From: a bacterium
GTDB taxonomy: Bacteria; Patescibacteriota; Minisyncoccia; UBA6257; Colwellbacteraceae
Assembly (NCBI GenBank): GCA_029548485.1
Contig: JAKPNH010000002.1
Span: forward strand, 7,747 to 71,746
DNA length: 64,000 nt
Direction: 5' to 3'
The notes under the pieces were generated by a model. It was not told the DNA's origin. It did no database searches and saw nothing but the letters and a program-made list of their open reading frames with translations. Within the stretch, counting starts at the first letter, position 1, and every line of letters starts with the position of its first letter. Shown here one piece after another: positions 19,048-29,205 of this stretch. The position numbers were made by a program, and so were the translations under genes.

Positions 19048-19518
19048 TTAATTCAAAACTACAATCGCCGCATTCAATATAGAGGCGAAGCTTACCCACA
19101 ATAGATAAGGGATAAGTAGGTAGGATGCTAATTTCGACAGAGGATAAAGCTTTTTTATTGTCATAACGATCAGTATCCACATGGAGATAATCACCAATAA
19201 AGCCAGCGCCGGAGATTTTAAGCCGAAGAAAATCGGTGACCAAAGGAAATTAAGACTCAATTGCGCGAGAAAATATTTCCCTGCGATTTTGACATTTTTA
19301 TTGTTCCAACCCTTTCGCCAGATTAAGTAAAAAGATAATCCCATCAGGAAGTACAATAGCGTCCAAACCGGCCCGAATATCCAATTAGGCGGAGAAAAGG
19401 TCGGTTTATTCAAACCTACATACCACGTGGGAATAGAAGGAATGGTAAACGCGCTTCCGATTATGCCCGCCAATTCGCAACCGACGATGGATATGACGAG
19501 TTTATATGAGTCTTTCAT
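19048..19518 (-). CDS. tspO: TspO/MBR family tryptophan-rich sensory protein
   Basis: WYxxLNKPxFSPPNWIFGPVWTLLY, LNFLWSPIFFG, PYLLWVSFA. Confidence 0.93.
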   Translation of the reverse strand: MKDSYKLVISIVGCELAGIIGSAFTIPSIPTWYVGLNKPTFSPPNWIFGPVWTLLYFLMGLSFYLIWRKGWNNKNVKIAGKYFLAQLSLNFLWSPIFFGLKSPALALLVIISMWILIVMTIKKLYPLSKLASYLLIPYLLWVSFASILNAAIVVLN

Positions 19519-19617
19519 GATATTTACATTATGAACTCATTTTAAAAACAGGACAATTGATCGAATGATATGGATAAGTCTGTTGCCGAAAACTAAGAGA
19601 AAAAGTAATATTGATAT

Positions 19618-20097
19618 ATGACAAACAACGCAAAGAATATAAAAATTCTGGCAGTCGCCGTCTTGCTTGTCGGCATCGCCTGGTATTTCGGAGCCTTTAA
19701 AAAATCAAACCAAGTGACTGAGCTCGTTTCTTTCGTGGATAACGCCGTTAGCTTAGTCGAAACAAAAGGCAGGGATGCTTTTGCTGATTTCAGGCAGAAA
19801 GGCGGAGATTGGTGGAAAGGGGACAAGTATATTTTTGTTTACGATATGGAAGCGAATACTTTGGTTTTGCCTCCGACTCCGGAAATCGAGGGAACAAACC
19901 GCTGGTCAACGGAAGACGCTAACGGCGTTTTCTATGTCCGCGAAATGGTCAATGCGCTGGAGAACAAGGATTATGTTTGGATAATGTATTCTTACCCCAA
20001 ACCCGGAGCGGAAAACGCATTGCCCAAAGTCGCCTACGTCAGAAAAGCGATGATAGACGGCAATTATGTGATTGTCGGCTCGGGAATATATTACTAA
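19618..20097 (+). CDS. Standalone single Cache domain protein with N-terminal membrane anchor
   Basis: YIFVYD, G.N....DANG..YVREM, W..Y..PKPG...PK..YV, VGSGIY. Confidence 0.8.
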   Translation: MTNNAKNIKILAVAVLLVGIAWYFGAFKKSNQVTELVSFVDNAVSLVETKGRDAFADFRQKGGDWWKGDKYIFVYDMEANTLVLPPTPEIEGTNRWSTEDANGVFYVREMVNALENKDYVWIMYSYPKPGAENALPKVAYVRKAMIDGNYVIVGSGIYY

Positions 20098-20112
20098 GCG
20101 AACGCAATAACT

Positions 20113-20146
20113 AATAAAACCCCCGGATATCGGGGGTTTTATTATT
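20113..20146 (+). terminator. Intrinsic terminator
   Basis: aataaaaccccc-ggatatc-gggggttttatt inverted repeat. Confidence 0.75.
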
Positions 20147-20152
20147 GAGTTG

Positions 20153-20187
20153 TTGACAGCCTAAGACATATCGATCATGATCTATAT
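20153..20187 (+). promoter_or_regulatory. sigma70-type promoter with overlapping palindromic operator
   Basis: TTGACA (20153) N17 CATGAT (20176); palindrome GATCATGATC over the -10; predicted TSS at the ATG. Confidence 0.65.
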
Positions 20188-20469
20188 ATGGCCGATCAAT
20201 CGCCTTGCGTCAAATGTTTCGGATCCTTGGGCATCGACTCGAGGATGAAAATCTACAAATTCTTGAAAGAAAACGGAAAAAGCACGGTTTCCTCGATCGT
20301 CGATATATTAGAATTGACCCAGCCGACGGTTTCTTACCACTTGAAAGAGATGAAAGACGCCGGGCTTTTGAACAGCTCGAAGTCGGGCAAAGAAGTATTC
20401 TACAGCGTCAACCAAAAATGTCCGTCAAACAATATTCCAGACTGTTTCCTGGCTAAGACGAAGTTTTGA
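20188..20469 (+). CDS. ArsR/SmtB family transcriptional regulator
   Basis: LTQPTVSYHLKEMKDAGLL..K.GKEVFY wHTH; four Cys. Confidence 0.9.
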   Translation: MADQSPCVKCFGSLGIDSRMKIYKFLKENGKSTVSSIVDILELTQPTVSYHLKEMKDAGLLNSSKSGKEVFYSVNQKCPSNNIPDCFLAKTKF

Positions 20470-20472
20470 TCC

Positions 20473-21201
20473 ATGCTCAAAGTAGAAAACCTCCAAGTGT
20501 CTATCGAAAGCAAACAAATCCTCAATGGAGTGGATTTGTCCGTTTCCAAAAATAGCGTCCATGCATTGATGGGCCAGAACGGGTCTGGGAAAAGCACTTT
20601 GGCCCAGACGATTATGGGCAATCCCTTTTATGAGGCCGTCGCCGGAAGAATAGAATTTGAAGGCGTCGATATTTCGGGTTTGAAACCCGACGAGCGTTCC
20701 AAAAGGGGAATATTTTTGTCGTTCCAGTATCCGAGCGAGGTGGCGGGAATGGGAATCCAAAGTTTCTTGAGGCTTCTTTACAACAATTCACACGGAGAAA
20801 AACTGTCGCCCGTGAAATTCAGGGAATTTCTTTCCGACAAAGCAGACATGCTCGGAATAAGCCGGGAAATCCTGGAAAGATCGTTGAACGACGGATTTTC
20901 CGGAGGAGAAAAAAAGAAAATGGAAATGCTCCAGATGCTGATTTTGGAGCCTAAACTGGCGATCTTGGACGAGGTCGACAGCGGCTTGGACATCGACAGC
21001 CTCAAAACAGTGGCCATGGCCGTCGATTGTCTCCGCAGAAAAAACAGCATGGCGGTTTTGATAATCACCCATTACGCGAGAATCCTGAAATATCTGGAGC
21101 CGGATTTCGTCCATATCATGAAAGACGGCCGGATCGCGAAAAGCGGAGACAGAAGTTTGGCCTGCGAACTGGAGGAAAGAGGTTATAAATTCGATGCCTG
21201 A
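20473..21201 (+). CDS. sufC: Fe-S cluster assembly ATPase SufC
   Basis: [38 protein letters not shown]. Confidence 0.95.
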   Translation: MLKVENLQVSIESKQILNGVDLSVSKNSVHALMGQNGSGKSTLAQTIMGNPFYEAVAGRIEFEGVDISGLKPDERSKRGIFLSFQYPSEVAGMGIQSFLRLLYNNSHGEKLSPVKFREFLSDKADMLGISREILERSLNDGFSGGEKKKMEMLQMLILEPKLAILDEVDSGLDIDSLKTVAMAVDCLRRKNSMAVLIITHYARILKYLEPDFVHIMKDGRIAKSGDRSLACELEERGYKFDA

Positions 21202-22612
21202 AAAAACTTCCCGCAAAAACATTGATATCCGTCAGAATTACCGCGAGAAATTCGGGTTCAATATGCCCGAAGAATTCTTGCTGAAGATCGAAAAAGGATT
21301 GAACGAGGAAACGGTGAAGCTGATCTCCAAAGCCAAAGACGAACCCGCTTGGATGCTGGAACTCCGGCTGAACGCCTTCGAGTTCTTCAAGAAAAAAAGC
21401 TTGCCGAGTTGGGGTCCGGATCTATCGAAAATCGACTTCGACGACATTTATTATTATCTGAAACCGGTAGATAAAACCAAAAAAACGTGGGACGAGGTTC
21501 CGGAAGCCATCAAAAACACGTTTGAGAAATTGGGCGTGCCGCAGGCCGAGAAAGAGTTTCTGGCCGGCGTGAAGGCGCAATACGATTCCGAAGTCGCCTA
21601 TTCGTCTTTAATGGAGGAACTGGAAAGCGAGGGAATCGTTTTTTTGTCCACGGACGAAGGATTGAGAAAATATCCGGAAATCTTCGAGGAATATTTCGGC
21701 AAACTAGTTCCTTTTTCCGACAACAAGTTCGCCGCCTTAAACAGCGCCGTCTGGTCCGGAGGCTCTTTCGTCTATATTCCCAAAGGCGCCCGGGTCAAAA
21801 GGCCTCTGCAGGCGTATTTCCGTATCAACGCGGAAAAAATGGGACAGTTCGAAAGGACGCTCATCATCGCCGACGAAGGAAGCTTCGCCCAGTACGTCGA
21901 AGGTTGCACGGCTCCGGTCTATTCGACCGATTCCTTGCACGCGGCAGTCGTGGAGGTTTTCGTCAAAAAGGGGGCCAGATTCAGGTATACCACCATCCAG
22001 AACTGGTCGAACGACGTTTACAATCTGGTGACCAAAAAAGCGAGAGTCGAGGAGAACGCCGTCATGGAATGGATTGACGGCAATCTGGGCTCGAAAACGA
22101 CCATGAAATACCCGTCTTGCTATCTCGTCGGCAAAGGCTCTCGAGGCGAGATGCTCTCCATCGCTTACGCGAGCGAAGGCCAGCACCAGGACGCCGGGGC
22201 GAAAATGATCCATCTGGCTCCGGATACTTCCTCGAAAATCGTTTCCAAGTCGATAAGCCTGAAAGGCGGAAGATCGAGTTATCGGGGAACGGTGGAAGTC
22301 TCTCCCGAAGCCAAAAACGCCAGGTGTCGGGTTGAATGCGACGCGCTCATCCTGGACGAGGATTCCGCCTCCGACACTTTTCCTCTCATGAAAATAAACG
22401 AGGGCTCCGCCAACATAGAGCACGAAGCGACCGTGAGCAAAATCGGCGAAGAAAAACTTTTCTATCTGACGAGCCGGGGGCTTACCGAAGACCAGGCGAT
22501 GAGCTTGATCGTTTCCGGATTCATCGAGCCTATTGTCAAAGAACTGCCGATGGAATACGCCATAGAATTGAACAGGCTTATCGAGCTGGAAATGGAAGGG
22601 AGCGTCGGCTAA
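21194..22612 (+). CDS. sufB: Fe-S cluster assembly protein SufB
   Basis: [45 protein letters not shown]. Confidence 0.97.
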   Translation: MPEKTSRKNIDIRQNYREKFGFNMPEEFLLKIEKGLNEETVKLISKAKDEPAWMLELRLNAFEFFKKKSLPSWGPDLSKIDFDDIYYYLKPVDKTKKTWDEVPEAIKNTFEKLGVPQAEKEFLAGVKAQYDSEVAYSSLMEELESEGIVFLSTDEGLRKYPEIFEEYFGKLVPFSDNKFAALNSAVWSGGSFVYIPKGARVKRPLQAYFRINAEKMGQFERTLIIADEGSFAQYVEGCTAPVYSTDSLHAAVVEVFVKKGARFRYTTIQNWSNDVYNLVTKKARVEENAVMEWIDGNLGSKTTMKYPSCYLVGKGSRGEMLSIAYASEGQHQDAGAKMIHLAPDTSSKIVSKSISLKGGRSSYRGTVEVSPEAKNARCRVECDALILDEDSASDTFPLMKINEGSANIEHEATVSKIGEEKLFYLTSRGLTEDQAMSLIVSGFIEPIVKELPMEYAIELNRLIELEMEGSVG

Positions 22613-22613
22613 C

Positions 22614-23216
22614 ATGAAAACGATCCTTCTCGACACCAAAAAAAACCAGGAAATAAGCGTCAGCGAAGACACGCAATTCGTCTTGGCGGAAAACCGCGGA
22701 TCCGAAGACGAATTTTCTCTGAATCTCATTTTCCAAAAGCCCGGCGTGGCTTCCGAGATATTGGGGGTCTTCCACCTGCCTGAAGGCGGGAAAATCCATC
22801 TGACCACTTCTTCCAACCATCTGGTTCCGGGAACTTCGTGCCAGACGTACATCAAGGCCGTTTTGAACGAGAAATCGGACTTCGATTACCGAGGAGAAAT
22901 CCTAATCGCAAAAGAAGCCCAGCAAACGACCGCTTATCTCTGCGACAACGTCCTGGCCGTCGGAGACGACGTCAAAAGAAACTCCCGGCCGACTCTCCGA
23001 ATCGAGGCGAACGACGTCAAAGCGTCGCACGGCTCCACCACCGGAAGAATAGATCAATCCGAGCTTTATTATCTGGAAAGCCGAGGCATCGGAAAAAGAG
23101 AATCCGAAGAGATTATTATCGAAGGATTCTTGGCTGGTCTGATAAGAAAAATCAAAGACGAGGACGTCAGAAAGTTGGTACTGGATAAGATGGGATTAAA
23201 AAACGAACCGCTATGA
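22614..23216 (+). CDS. sufD: SufD-family protein (short)
   Basis: PTLRIEANDVKASHGSTTG, YYLESRGI. Confidence 0.88.
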   Translation: MKTILLDTKKNQEISVSEDTQFVLAENRGSEDEFSLNLIFQKPGVASEILGVFHLPEGGKIHLTTSSNHLVPGTSCQTYIKAVLNEKSDFDYRGEILIAKEAQQTTAYLCDNVLAVGDDVKRNSRPTLRIEANDVKASHGSTTGRIDQSELYYLESRGIGKRESEEIIIEGFLAGLIRKIKDEDVRKLVLDKMGLKNEPL

Positions 23217-24427
23217 AAAACGTGAGGAAAGATTTTCCGATTTTGGAAAGAAAAATCAACGGCCGCCGATTGGTTTATTTGGACAACGCCGCGACTTCGC
23301 AGAAGCCGAAGCAGGTTTTGGAGGCGATCGCCGGATATTATTCGAATCACAACGCCAATATCCACCGGGGATTGCATCTTTTAAGCGAAGAGGCGACCGC
23401 TATGTACGAAGAATCCAGGAAAAAGATCGCCGGCTTCATCGGCGCGAACTGTCCAGAAGAATTGATTTTTACCAAAGGAGCCACCGAATCTTTAAATATG
23501 GTGGCAACAACGTGGGGCGCCGCCAATTTGAAAAAAGGCGACACAATCCTCTTGGGGGACTTCGAGCACCACAGCAACATGGTTCCGTGGTTGGAAATAG
23601 CCGAGAAGACTGGAGCTGAGATCGAATATCTGGAATCGGACGAAAACGGCGAGATTCATCTGGAAGAAGTCGAGAAAAAAATGACCGGCCGGGTGAAATT
23701 GATCTCTCTTACCCACGCTTCGAATGTCTTGGGAACGATCGTACCGATAAAAGAGATCTGCGGCCTCGCGACCGAAAAAGGGATTCTCGTATCCGTCGAC
23801 GGCGCGCAAGCGGCGCCGCATCTTGAAATAAACATGGCCGATCTGGGATGCGATTTTTATTCTTTTTCGGCGCACAAGATGCTCGGGCCTATGGGCGTGG
23901 GCGCGCTCTGGGTGAAGAGAGAGATCTTGGAAAGGCTCAATCCATACGAATTCGGAGGCGGCATGATCGACGAGGTTTCTTACCAAAAAGCCACTTATGC
24001 GGCTATTCCCGCGAGATTCGAGGCGGGCACGCCGAACGTCGCCGGAACGGTCGGATTCGCCGCAGCCGCGGATTACCTCGAAAAAATAGGAATGGATGAT
24101 ATCAGGCAGCACGAAATCGGATTGAACAAATACCTGTCGGAGAAAATAAAAGAGATCGATGGATTGAAAGTCGTCGGTCCGAAGGAACCGGAAAAAAGGA
24201 CCGGTTTGGCTTCTTTCTCGATCGCCGGGATCCACGCGCACGACGTCGCTTCCGTTTTGAACGATTACGGTATCGCCGTCAGGGCCGGGCACCATTGCGT
24301 GATGCCGTATCACGCCAAAATCGGCCTGACAGGCACGACCAGGGCGAGTTTTTATCTTTACAATACCGAAGAAGAGATCGATCGATTGGTCGAGGGAATA
24401 AAAAAAGCCGTGGAGATATTGAGTTGA
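23213..24427 (+). CDS. sufS: Cysteine desulfurase SufS
   Basis: YLDNAATSQKP, EHHSN, DGAQ, SAHKMLGP, RAGHHC. Confidence 0.95.
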   Translation: MKNVRKDFPILERKINGRRLVYLDNAATSQKPKQVLEAIAGYYSNHNANIHRGLHLLSEEATAMYEESRKKIAGFIGANCPEELIFTKGATESLNMVATTWGAANLKKGDTILLGDFEHHSNMVPWLEIAEKTGAEIEYLESDENGEIHLEEVEKKMTGRVKLISLTHASNVLGTIVPIKEICGLATEKGILVSVDGAQAAPHLEINMADLGCDFYSFSAHKMLGPMGVGALWVKREILERLNPYEFGGGMIDEVSYQKATYAAIPARFEAGTPNVAGTVGFAAAADYLEKIGMDDIRQHEIGLNKYLSEKIKEIDGLKVVGPKEPEKRTGLASFSIAGIHAHDVASVLNDYGIAVRAGHHCVMPYHAKIGLTGTTRASFYLYNTEEEIDRLVEGIKKAVEILS

Positions 24428-24428
24428 A

Positions 24429-24809
24429 ATGCAAGACCTTTATCGCGAAGAATTCATGGAGATTTTCCGACACCCCCAGAACAAGGGAAATTTGGAAAAC
24501 CCGTCGGCCTTTGCCCATAAGAAAAATCCCATGTGCGGAGACTCCTTGGTTCTTCGTTTGAAGATCAGCGGCGGCATTATCGAAGACGCCAAATTCGAAA
24601 GCGAAGCGTGCGCGGTCAGCGTTATTTCTTCGTCTATCCTTACGGACTATCTGATCGGAAAAAGCGTCGACGAGGCGAAAAAGATAAACAAAGACCGATT
24701 GCTCGAAATGATCGGTTTGAATTTGACCACCAGCCGCGTTTCCTGCGCCACCCTGGTTCTTTACGCCCTGGAAGAGGCGTTGAAAAACTATGAAAAAGAA
24801 TCCGAATAA
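24429..24809 (+). CDS. sufU: SufU/NifU-like scaffold
   Basis: NPMCGD, ACAVS, SRVSCA. Confidence 0.88.
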   Translation: MQDLYREEFMEIFRHPQNKGNLENPSAFAHKKNPMCGDSLVLRLKISGGIIEDAKFESEACAVSVISSSILTDYLIGKSVDEAKKINKDRLLEMIGLNLTTSRVSCATLVLYALEEALKNYEKESE

Positions 24810-25017
24810 AATCACCAAAGATTCGAATCTCGCCCAGGTAGTGTACGAGCATCCGGAAGCGGTGGAGGTATTGCTGGATTACGGGCTTCACTGCATCGGC
24901 TGCATGGCGAGCCACTACGATTCGATCGGAATGGGAGCGAAGATCCACGGGCTTTCCGACAAGGAAATCGACGAAATGATCGGAAAAATAAACAAATCGA
25001 TCCGGTCCGGGAAGTAA
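24790..25017 (+). CDS. DUF1858-like / hybrid-cluster-associated redox protein
   Basis: HPEAVEVL..YGLHCIGC...GAKIHG. Confidence 0.8.
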   Translation: MKKNPNKITKDSNLAQVVYEHPEAVEVLLDYGLHCIGCMASHYDSIGMGAKIHGLSDKEIDEMIGKINKSIRSGK

Positions 25018-25069
25018 AACCAGGGCTTAATCGGTTATCGCCGTCGCGGTTTTGTGCTACAATAGAATC

Positions 25070-25486
25070 ATGGCAAAATTCGTGTGGACAGAAGAATATA
25101 GCGTCGGCATTCCGTCGATCGACGAACAGCACCGGCATTTCTTCGATATCGCCAACCGAGTCGTGGAACTGGCGGAAAAAGAGGATATTGGCCGGGAAGA
25201 ATTGACGACGAGCCTCGGAGAACTCGGAAATTACGCTTTCTACCACTTCAGCACCGAAGAAGGATACTTCTCAAAATTCAATTACGAAGGGGCGGCCATC
25301 CATATAAGCGCCCACAACAATTATCGGCGGCAAATGGAAGATTATCTCGGCAGAGTCAGGGAAGAAAACGATCTGAAATCTTTGGCCGTCGTCGTCGCCA
25401 ACTTCTCGGGCAACTGGCTTCTCGGACATATCCTGGAAATGGACAAGAAATACACCGTGTTCTTCAAAGAAAGCGGAATCATTTGA
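25070..25486 (+). CDS. Bacteriohemerythrin
   Basis: W.EEYSVGI..IDEQH, HFSTEE, H...H, WLLGHI...D di-iron ligands; start at MAKF. Confidence 0.9.
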   Translation: MAKFVWTEEYSVGIPSIDEQHRHFFDIANRVVELAEKEDIGREELTTSLGELGNYAFYHFSTEEGYFSKFNYEGAAIHISAHNNYRRQMEDYLGRVREENDLKSLAVVVANFSGNWLLGHILEMDKKYTVFFKESGII

Positions 25487-25601
25487 TCCGTCCGATATCG
25501 GAAAAATCAGCGGAGCCGAAAACTCCGCTTTTTTGTCGGACATTCCGGAAAAAATGTTATACTTACAATACAGGTCGTCGTTAATCAATAAATCAGAATC
25601 C

Positions 25602-26345
25602 ATGAATAAGAAGACTTTAAGGTCGATCATCATTCTCGTTGTGGCGATCGTCGCCTATTTCGGGGCGGTTCTTTGGCTCAGCCGGAATAACTCGGAGCTC
25701 AAGGGAACGGTTTCTTACCGCGAACGCATCGCTTTGCCTTCGGGCAGCCAGGTGAAAGTGCAAATCCGCGACGTCTCAAAAGGAGAGATCTTCGCGGAAA
25801 CGAGCATCACCACGAAAGGAGAAAACGTGCCGATCCCGTTCACGGTTATCTACGACGCTTCCAAAATAGACCCGAGCACCGCTTACGACGTAGTGGCCCA
25901 AATCATCGTCGACGGCAAAGAGCGCTGGACCGTCGGCGCGCCGGAGCCGTTCATGGGCGAAGATTCGCAGCCGATCGCGGAGATCGATTTCATGCTGGTG
26001 GCTTCGGATCAGGAGCTTTCCATTTTCGACCTCGACGGAAAGAGACTGAAAATGGTCTCTTTCAACGGAAACGCCGCGCCTGCGGAACCGGCTTACACTT
26101 TGGAGTTCAACAATACCTTGGTCTCGGCCGTGATCTGCAACAATATCGCCGGAGATTTCACCCTTTCCGACAATACGATTCAAGCATTGCTTACGACCAC
26201 GGAAAAGATCTGCACGATCCCGGACGGCATCATGGAAGCGGAAGAAGCGTTTAAAGCCATGCTGAGCTCTGGGGCGACGTTGTTTCTCGCCGGCGACACG
26301 CTGACGATATCCGACAGCGAAAATATAATGGTTTTTGCCCAATAA
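25602..26345 (+). CDS. YbaY-like domain + META-domain membrane-anchored protein
   Basis: GTVSYRERIALP..VQIRDVS (YbaY/YscW); CNNIAG..TT..IC (META). Confidence 0.75.
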   Translation: MNKKTLRSIIILVVAIVAYFGAVLWLSRNNSELKGTVSYRERIALPSGSQVKVQIRDVSKGEIFAETSITTKGENVPIPFTVIYDASKIDPSTAYDVVAQIIVDGKERWTVGAPEPFMGEDSQPIAEIDFMLVASDQELSIFDLDGKRLKMVSFNGNAAPAEPAYTLEFNNTLVSAVICNNIAGDFTLSDNTIQALLTTTEKICTIPDGIMEAEEAFKAMLSSGATLFLAGDTLTISDSENIMVFAQ

Positions 26346-26422
26346 TTTTTCCGCCGACTCAAAAGGAAGATAAAACCTCCGGCTATGCGGGAGGTTTTGC
26401 TTTCTTGGTATAATAAAAATCA

Positions 26423-27916
26423 ATGGATCTTCCCTTTATTTTATCGATAAGTCCGCTCGTTCTTTTTTTGATTCTTCTTCTCGGACTCCGCAAGCCGCTT
26501 TCCGAGGTTTCTCTGTGGACCTTGGGCTTGATGATCGTTCTCGCTCTTTTGTACTGGCAGATAGCGCCTGTTTTGTTTTGGGCGTCTTTCGCCAAAGGGA
26601 TCTTCGTGGCCCTCGATATTTTCTTGATCATCTTCGGCGCCATCTTCTTTCTTGAAGTTTTGAGAAGCCTCGGGGTTATCGGAAGCATCTCTTATTATCT
26701 CGAATCCTTTTCCAAGGATTACCGGATACAAACGATCATTCTCGCCTGGTTTTTCGAAAACTTCCTGGAAGGCGCGGCCGGTTTCGGGACCGCCGCCGTC
26801 ATCGTCGCTCCTTTGCTCATCGGCTTGGGATTGACGCCGATCAAGGCGGTCATTGTTTCGCTTTTGGGGAACAGCACCTCGGTCGCCTTCGGCGCCGCCG
26901 GAACGCCGATCAGGATCGGATTCAGCGGGCTCGAGTATCCGGCCATCCCCTAGCTCGCCGCTTGGATCAACTGCATCGGGTTCTTGGTCCCGATTTTCAT
27001 GCTTTTTACCATCACTGCCGGCAAACCGGACAGAAAAAAACAGATCAAAGAGGCTTTGCCTTTCGCCGTTTGGTCGGGAATCGCCTTTGTCATCCCTTCG
27101 GCCCTTGTCGTGCCTTTTGGCCAGGAATTCCCGTCGATTATCGGCGCCGTCATCGGATTGGTGCTCGTGCTGCTGACCACCAAGCTCGGAATTCTAATTC
27201 CGAAAAACATCCGATCCGGCGGGTCAGAGGAAAAACCGCAAAGGACGCTTTCTTCTTTCAAAACTTTCTTCCCTTACGCTTTGCTCATCGCGGTTCTGAT
27301 TCTGGGCAAGATCTTTTTCGGAGAGACCAACATAGGCATTCCTTTCGCCCTTGACCACCAGTTCAATCTTTTCAATCCGGGATTCGCGTTCTTTCTGGCC
27401 GGACTACCGATCGCTTTCGCCTGGAGATCGAAAAACAAGAAAATCATTCGGGAACCATTGGGAAAATCCGTCAAAGGATCGATTAACTCCTTTTTGATCA
27501 TTTCTTGTATTTCCATAGTCGTCCAATTGATGGTTAATTCCGGGATGAACGCAAACGGCATTCCTTCGGCCGTATCTTTGATCGCCAAGAGCTTCGAAAC
27601 CTCGTTTCTTCCTTTTTGGACGCCGTTTATCAGCGCTTTCGGATGTTTTTTGACCGGAAGCGCCACGGTTTCGAATATCATGTTCGGGAAGTTTCTGGAG
27701 ATTTCGAGCAAGGCGATCGGTATGGATAGCGCGAAGATACTGGCCCTGGCTCTAGTTGGCGCTTCCGCGGGCAACATGATCGCCTTGGCGGACATGCTCG
27801 CGGCCGAAGCCGTTGTCGGGCTAAAAAACCGGGAAAGAGACATCCTTAAAGGAGTGATCGTGCCGTGTCTTGTCTACCTTGTTTTCGTCGGGACTATCGG
27901 AATATTGATTATCTGA
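26423..27916 (+). pseudogene. L-lactate permease family, interrupted by one in-frame TAG at 26951-26953
   Basis: FLEGAAGFGT, VAFGAAGTP, FLTGSATVSNIMF, AGNMI; ORFs 26423-26953 and 26984-27916 share one frame. Confidence 0.8.
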
Positions 27917-27952
27917 AAGATTTCACATAAAAAGTTATAATTCAGTCGACTC

Positions 27953-29185
27953 ATGAAAATCTCTGAAGAAAAAAGAGGAGACGAAGGATCGATGGTTAGC
28001 GTCAATTTGGGAGCCTTTTGCAACCAGAATTGCGTTTTTTGCCTGGCCGCCGACGGCAAAGAGGTTTATCCGAGATTATCCCGCGACGAAGCCGTCAAAG
28101 TTATCGAAAGCTATCTTGACCAGAAAGGCAAAAATTTGCTTCTCACGGGCGGAGAGTCGACCATCCATCCGGATTTCGTGGAAATCATCGGAAAAGTGCT
28201 TAAAGACGACCGCGTTCGTTCTTTGAATATCATGACGAACGGAGTCAGGTTGGGAGATAAAAGCTTTTTCGACGCCGTGATCGCGGCCGACTCCAAGAAA
28301 AAGATTTCTTTTTCTTTCTCTCTTCACGGCCACAATCCGAAGTTGTCGGAAAGCATCACTCGAGGGCAAAAGGGAGATTTCAAGAAAACTTGCACCGCCA
28401 TGCATTACGCCATCCAAGGCGGCTATAATGCGGACGTGGCCATCATCATGGTCGAACAGAATTATCGTTATCTTCCCGATTTCGCGAGGTTTATCGTCAA
28501 TGAGTTTCCGGGAATCGGAGGAGTTTCTTTCGGCTATCCGCTCCTCTTCGGAAACGCGGAAATCAACAAAGATTTCATTTACGCCAAATTCAGCGACATC
28601 GCGCCTTATCTTAAAGAAGCCTTGAGTATCCTTCTCGCTAAAGGAATCAGGGCCGTCACCGCGGCCGGAGCGCCGGTACCGCTTTGCGCCATTCCCGGAG
28701 TGGAGGAAGTGTCGGTGAGGCCGCTTATCGAATGGCGAAGGCGGTATATCGGAACGGCCACCAGCGGCCTTTTGAATTCTTTGAAAGACGAAGACACCAT
28801 TATTCCAAAAATCAAACCCGAGCAGTGCGCCGAATGCGTTTTAAACGACGCCTGCGTCGGGGTGCTCAAGTGCTATGCCGATATCTTCGGATCGGACGGC
28901 GTCATACCCGTGACGATCGGTAGTTTCCAGGGGCCGATCGTGAAGGGCGACAGCTTGTCCGAATGCCTGCCGAAGCTGGACAAAACCAAGCTGAATCTTA
29001 TTGTTTTGAGCGGAGGGGGCGATAACACCGGCCTTTATGGGTTTCCCGATGGAAGAATAGGAGTGGTTGTGAGAGAAAATAAAGATCAATCCAAACCGAA
29101 GTCGAAAGACCGTCAAAAATCCGTCAAACCGACGAAACCAAAGTCGGTAAAAAAGATCAAAAATAATCGGAAGAAATCCAGCTGA
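27953..29185 (+). CDS. Radical SAM protein (HxsC-like, C-terminal CxxC-x4-C cluster)
   Basis: CNQNCVFC, LTGGE.TIHPD, MTNG, SLHG, VPLC, CAECVLNDACVG. Confidence 0.85.
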   Translation: MKISEEKRGDEGSMVSVNLGAFCNQNCVFCLAADGKEVYPRLSRDEAVKVIESYLDQKGKNLLLTGGESTIHPDFVEIIGKVLKDDRVRSLNIMTNGVRLGDKSFFDAVIAADSKKKISFSFSLHGHNPKLSESITRGQKGDFKKTCTAMHYAIQGGYNADVAIIMVEQNYRYLPDFARFIVNEFPGIGGVSFGYPLLFGNAEINKDFIYAKFSDIAPYLKEALSILLAKGIRAVTAAGAPVPLCAIPGVEEVSVRPLIEWRRRYIGTATSGLLNSLKDEDTIIPKIKPEQCAECVLNDACVGVLKCYADIFGSDGVIPVTIGSFQGPIVKGDSLSECLPKLDKTKLNLIVLSGGGDNTGLYGFPDGRIGVVVRENKDQSKPKSKDRQKSVKPTKPKSVKKIKNNRKKSS

Positions 29186-29205
29186 TTTTATGCTAATCTA
29201 ATATC

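Noticed and set aside
26951-26953. Pyrrolysine or genome-wide amber recoding
   Set aside because: TAG, TGA and TAA all end conserved genes at expected positions, and there are no pyl genes in the window.
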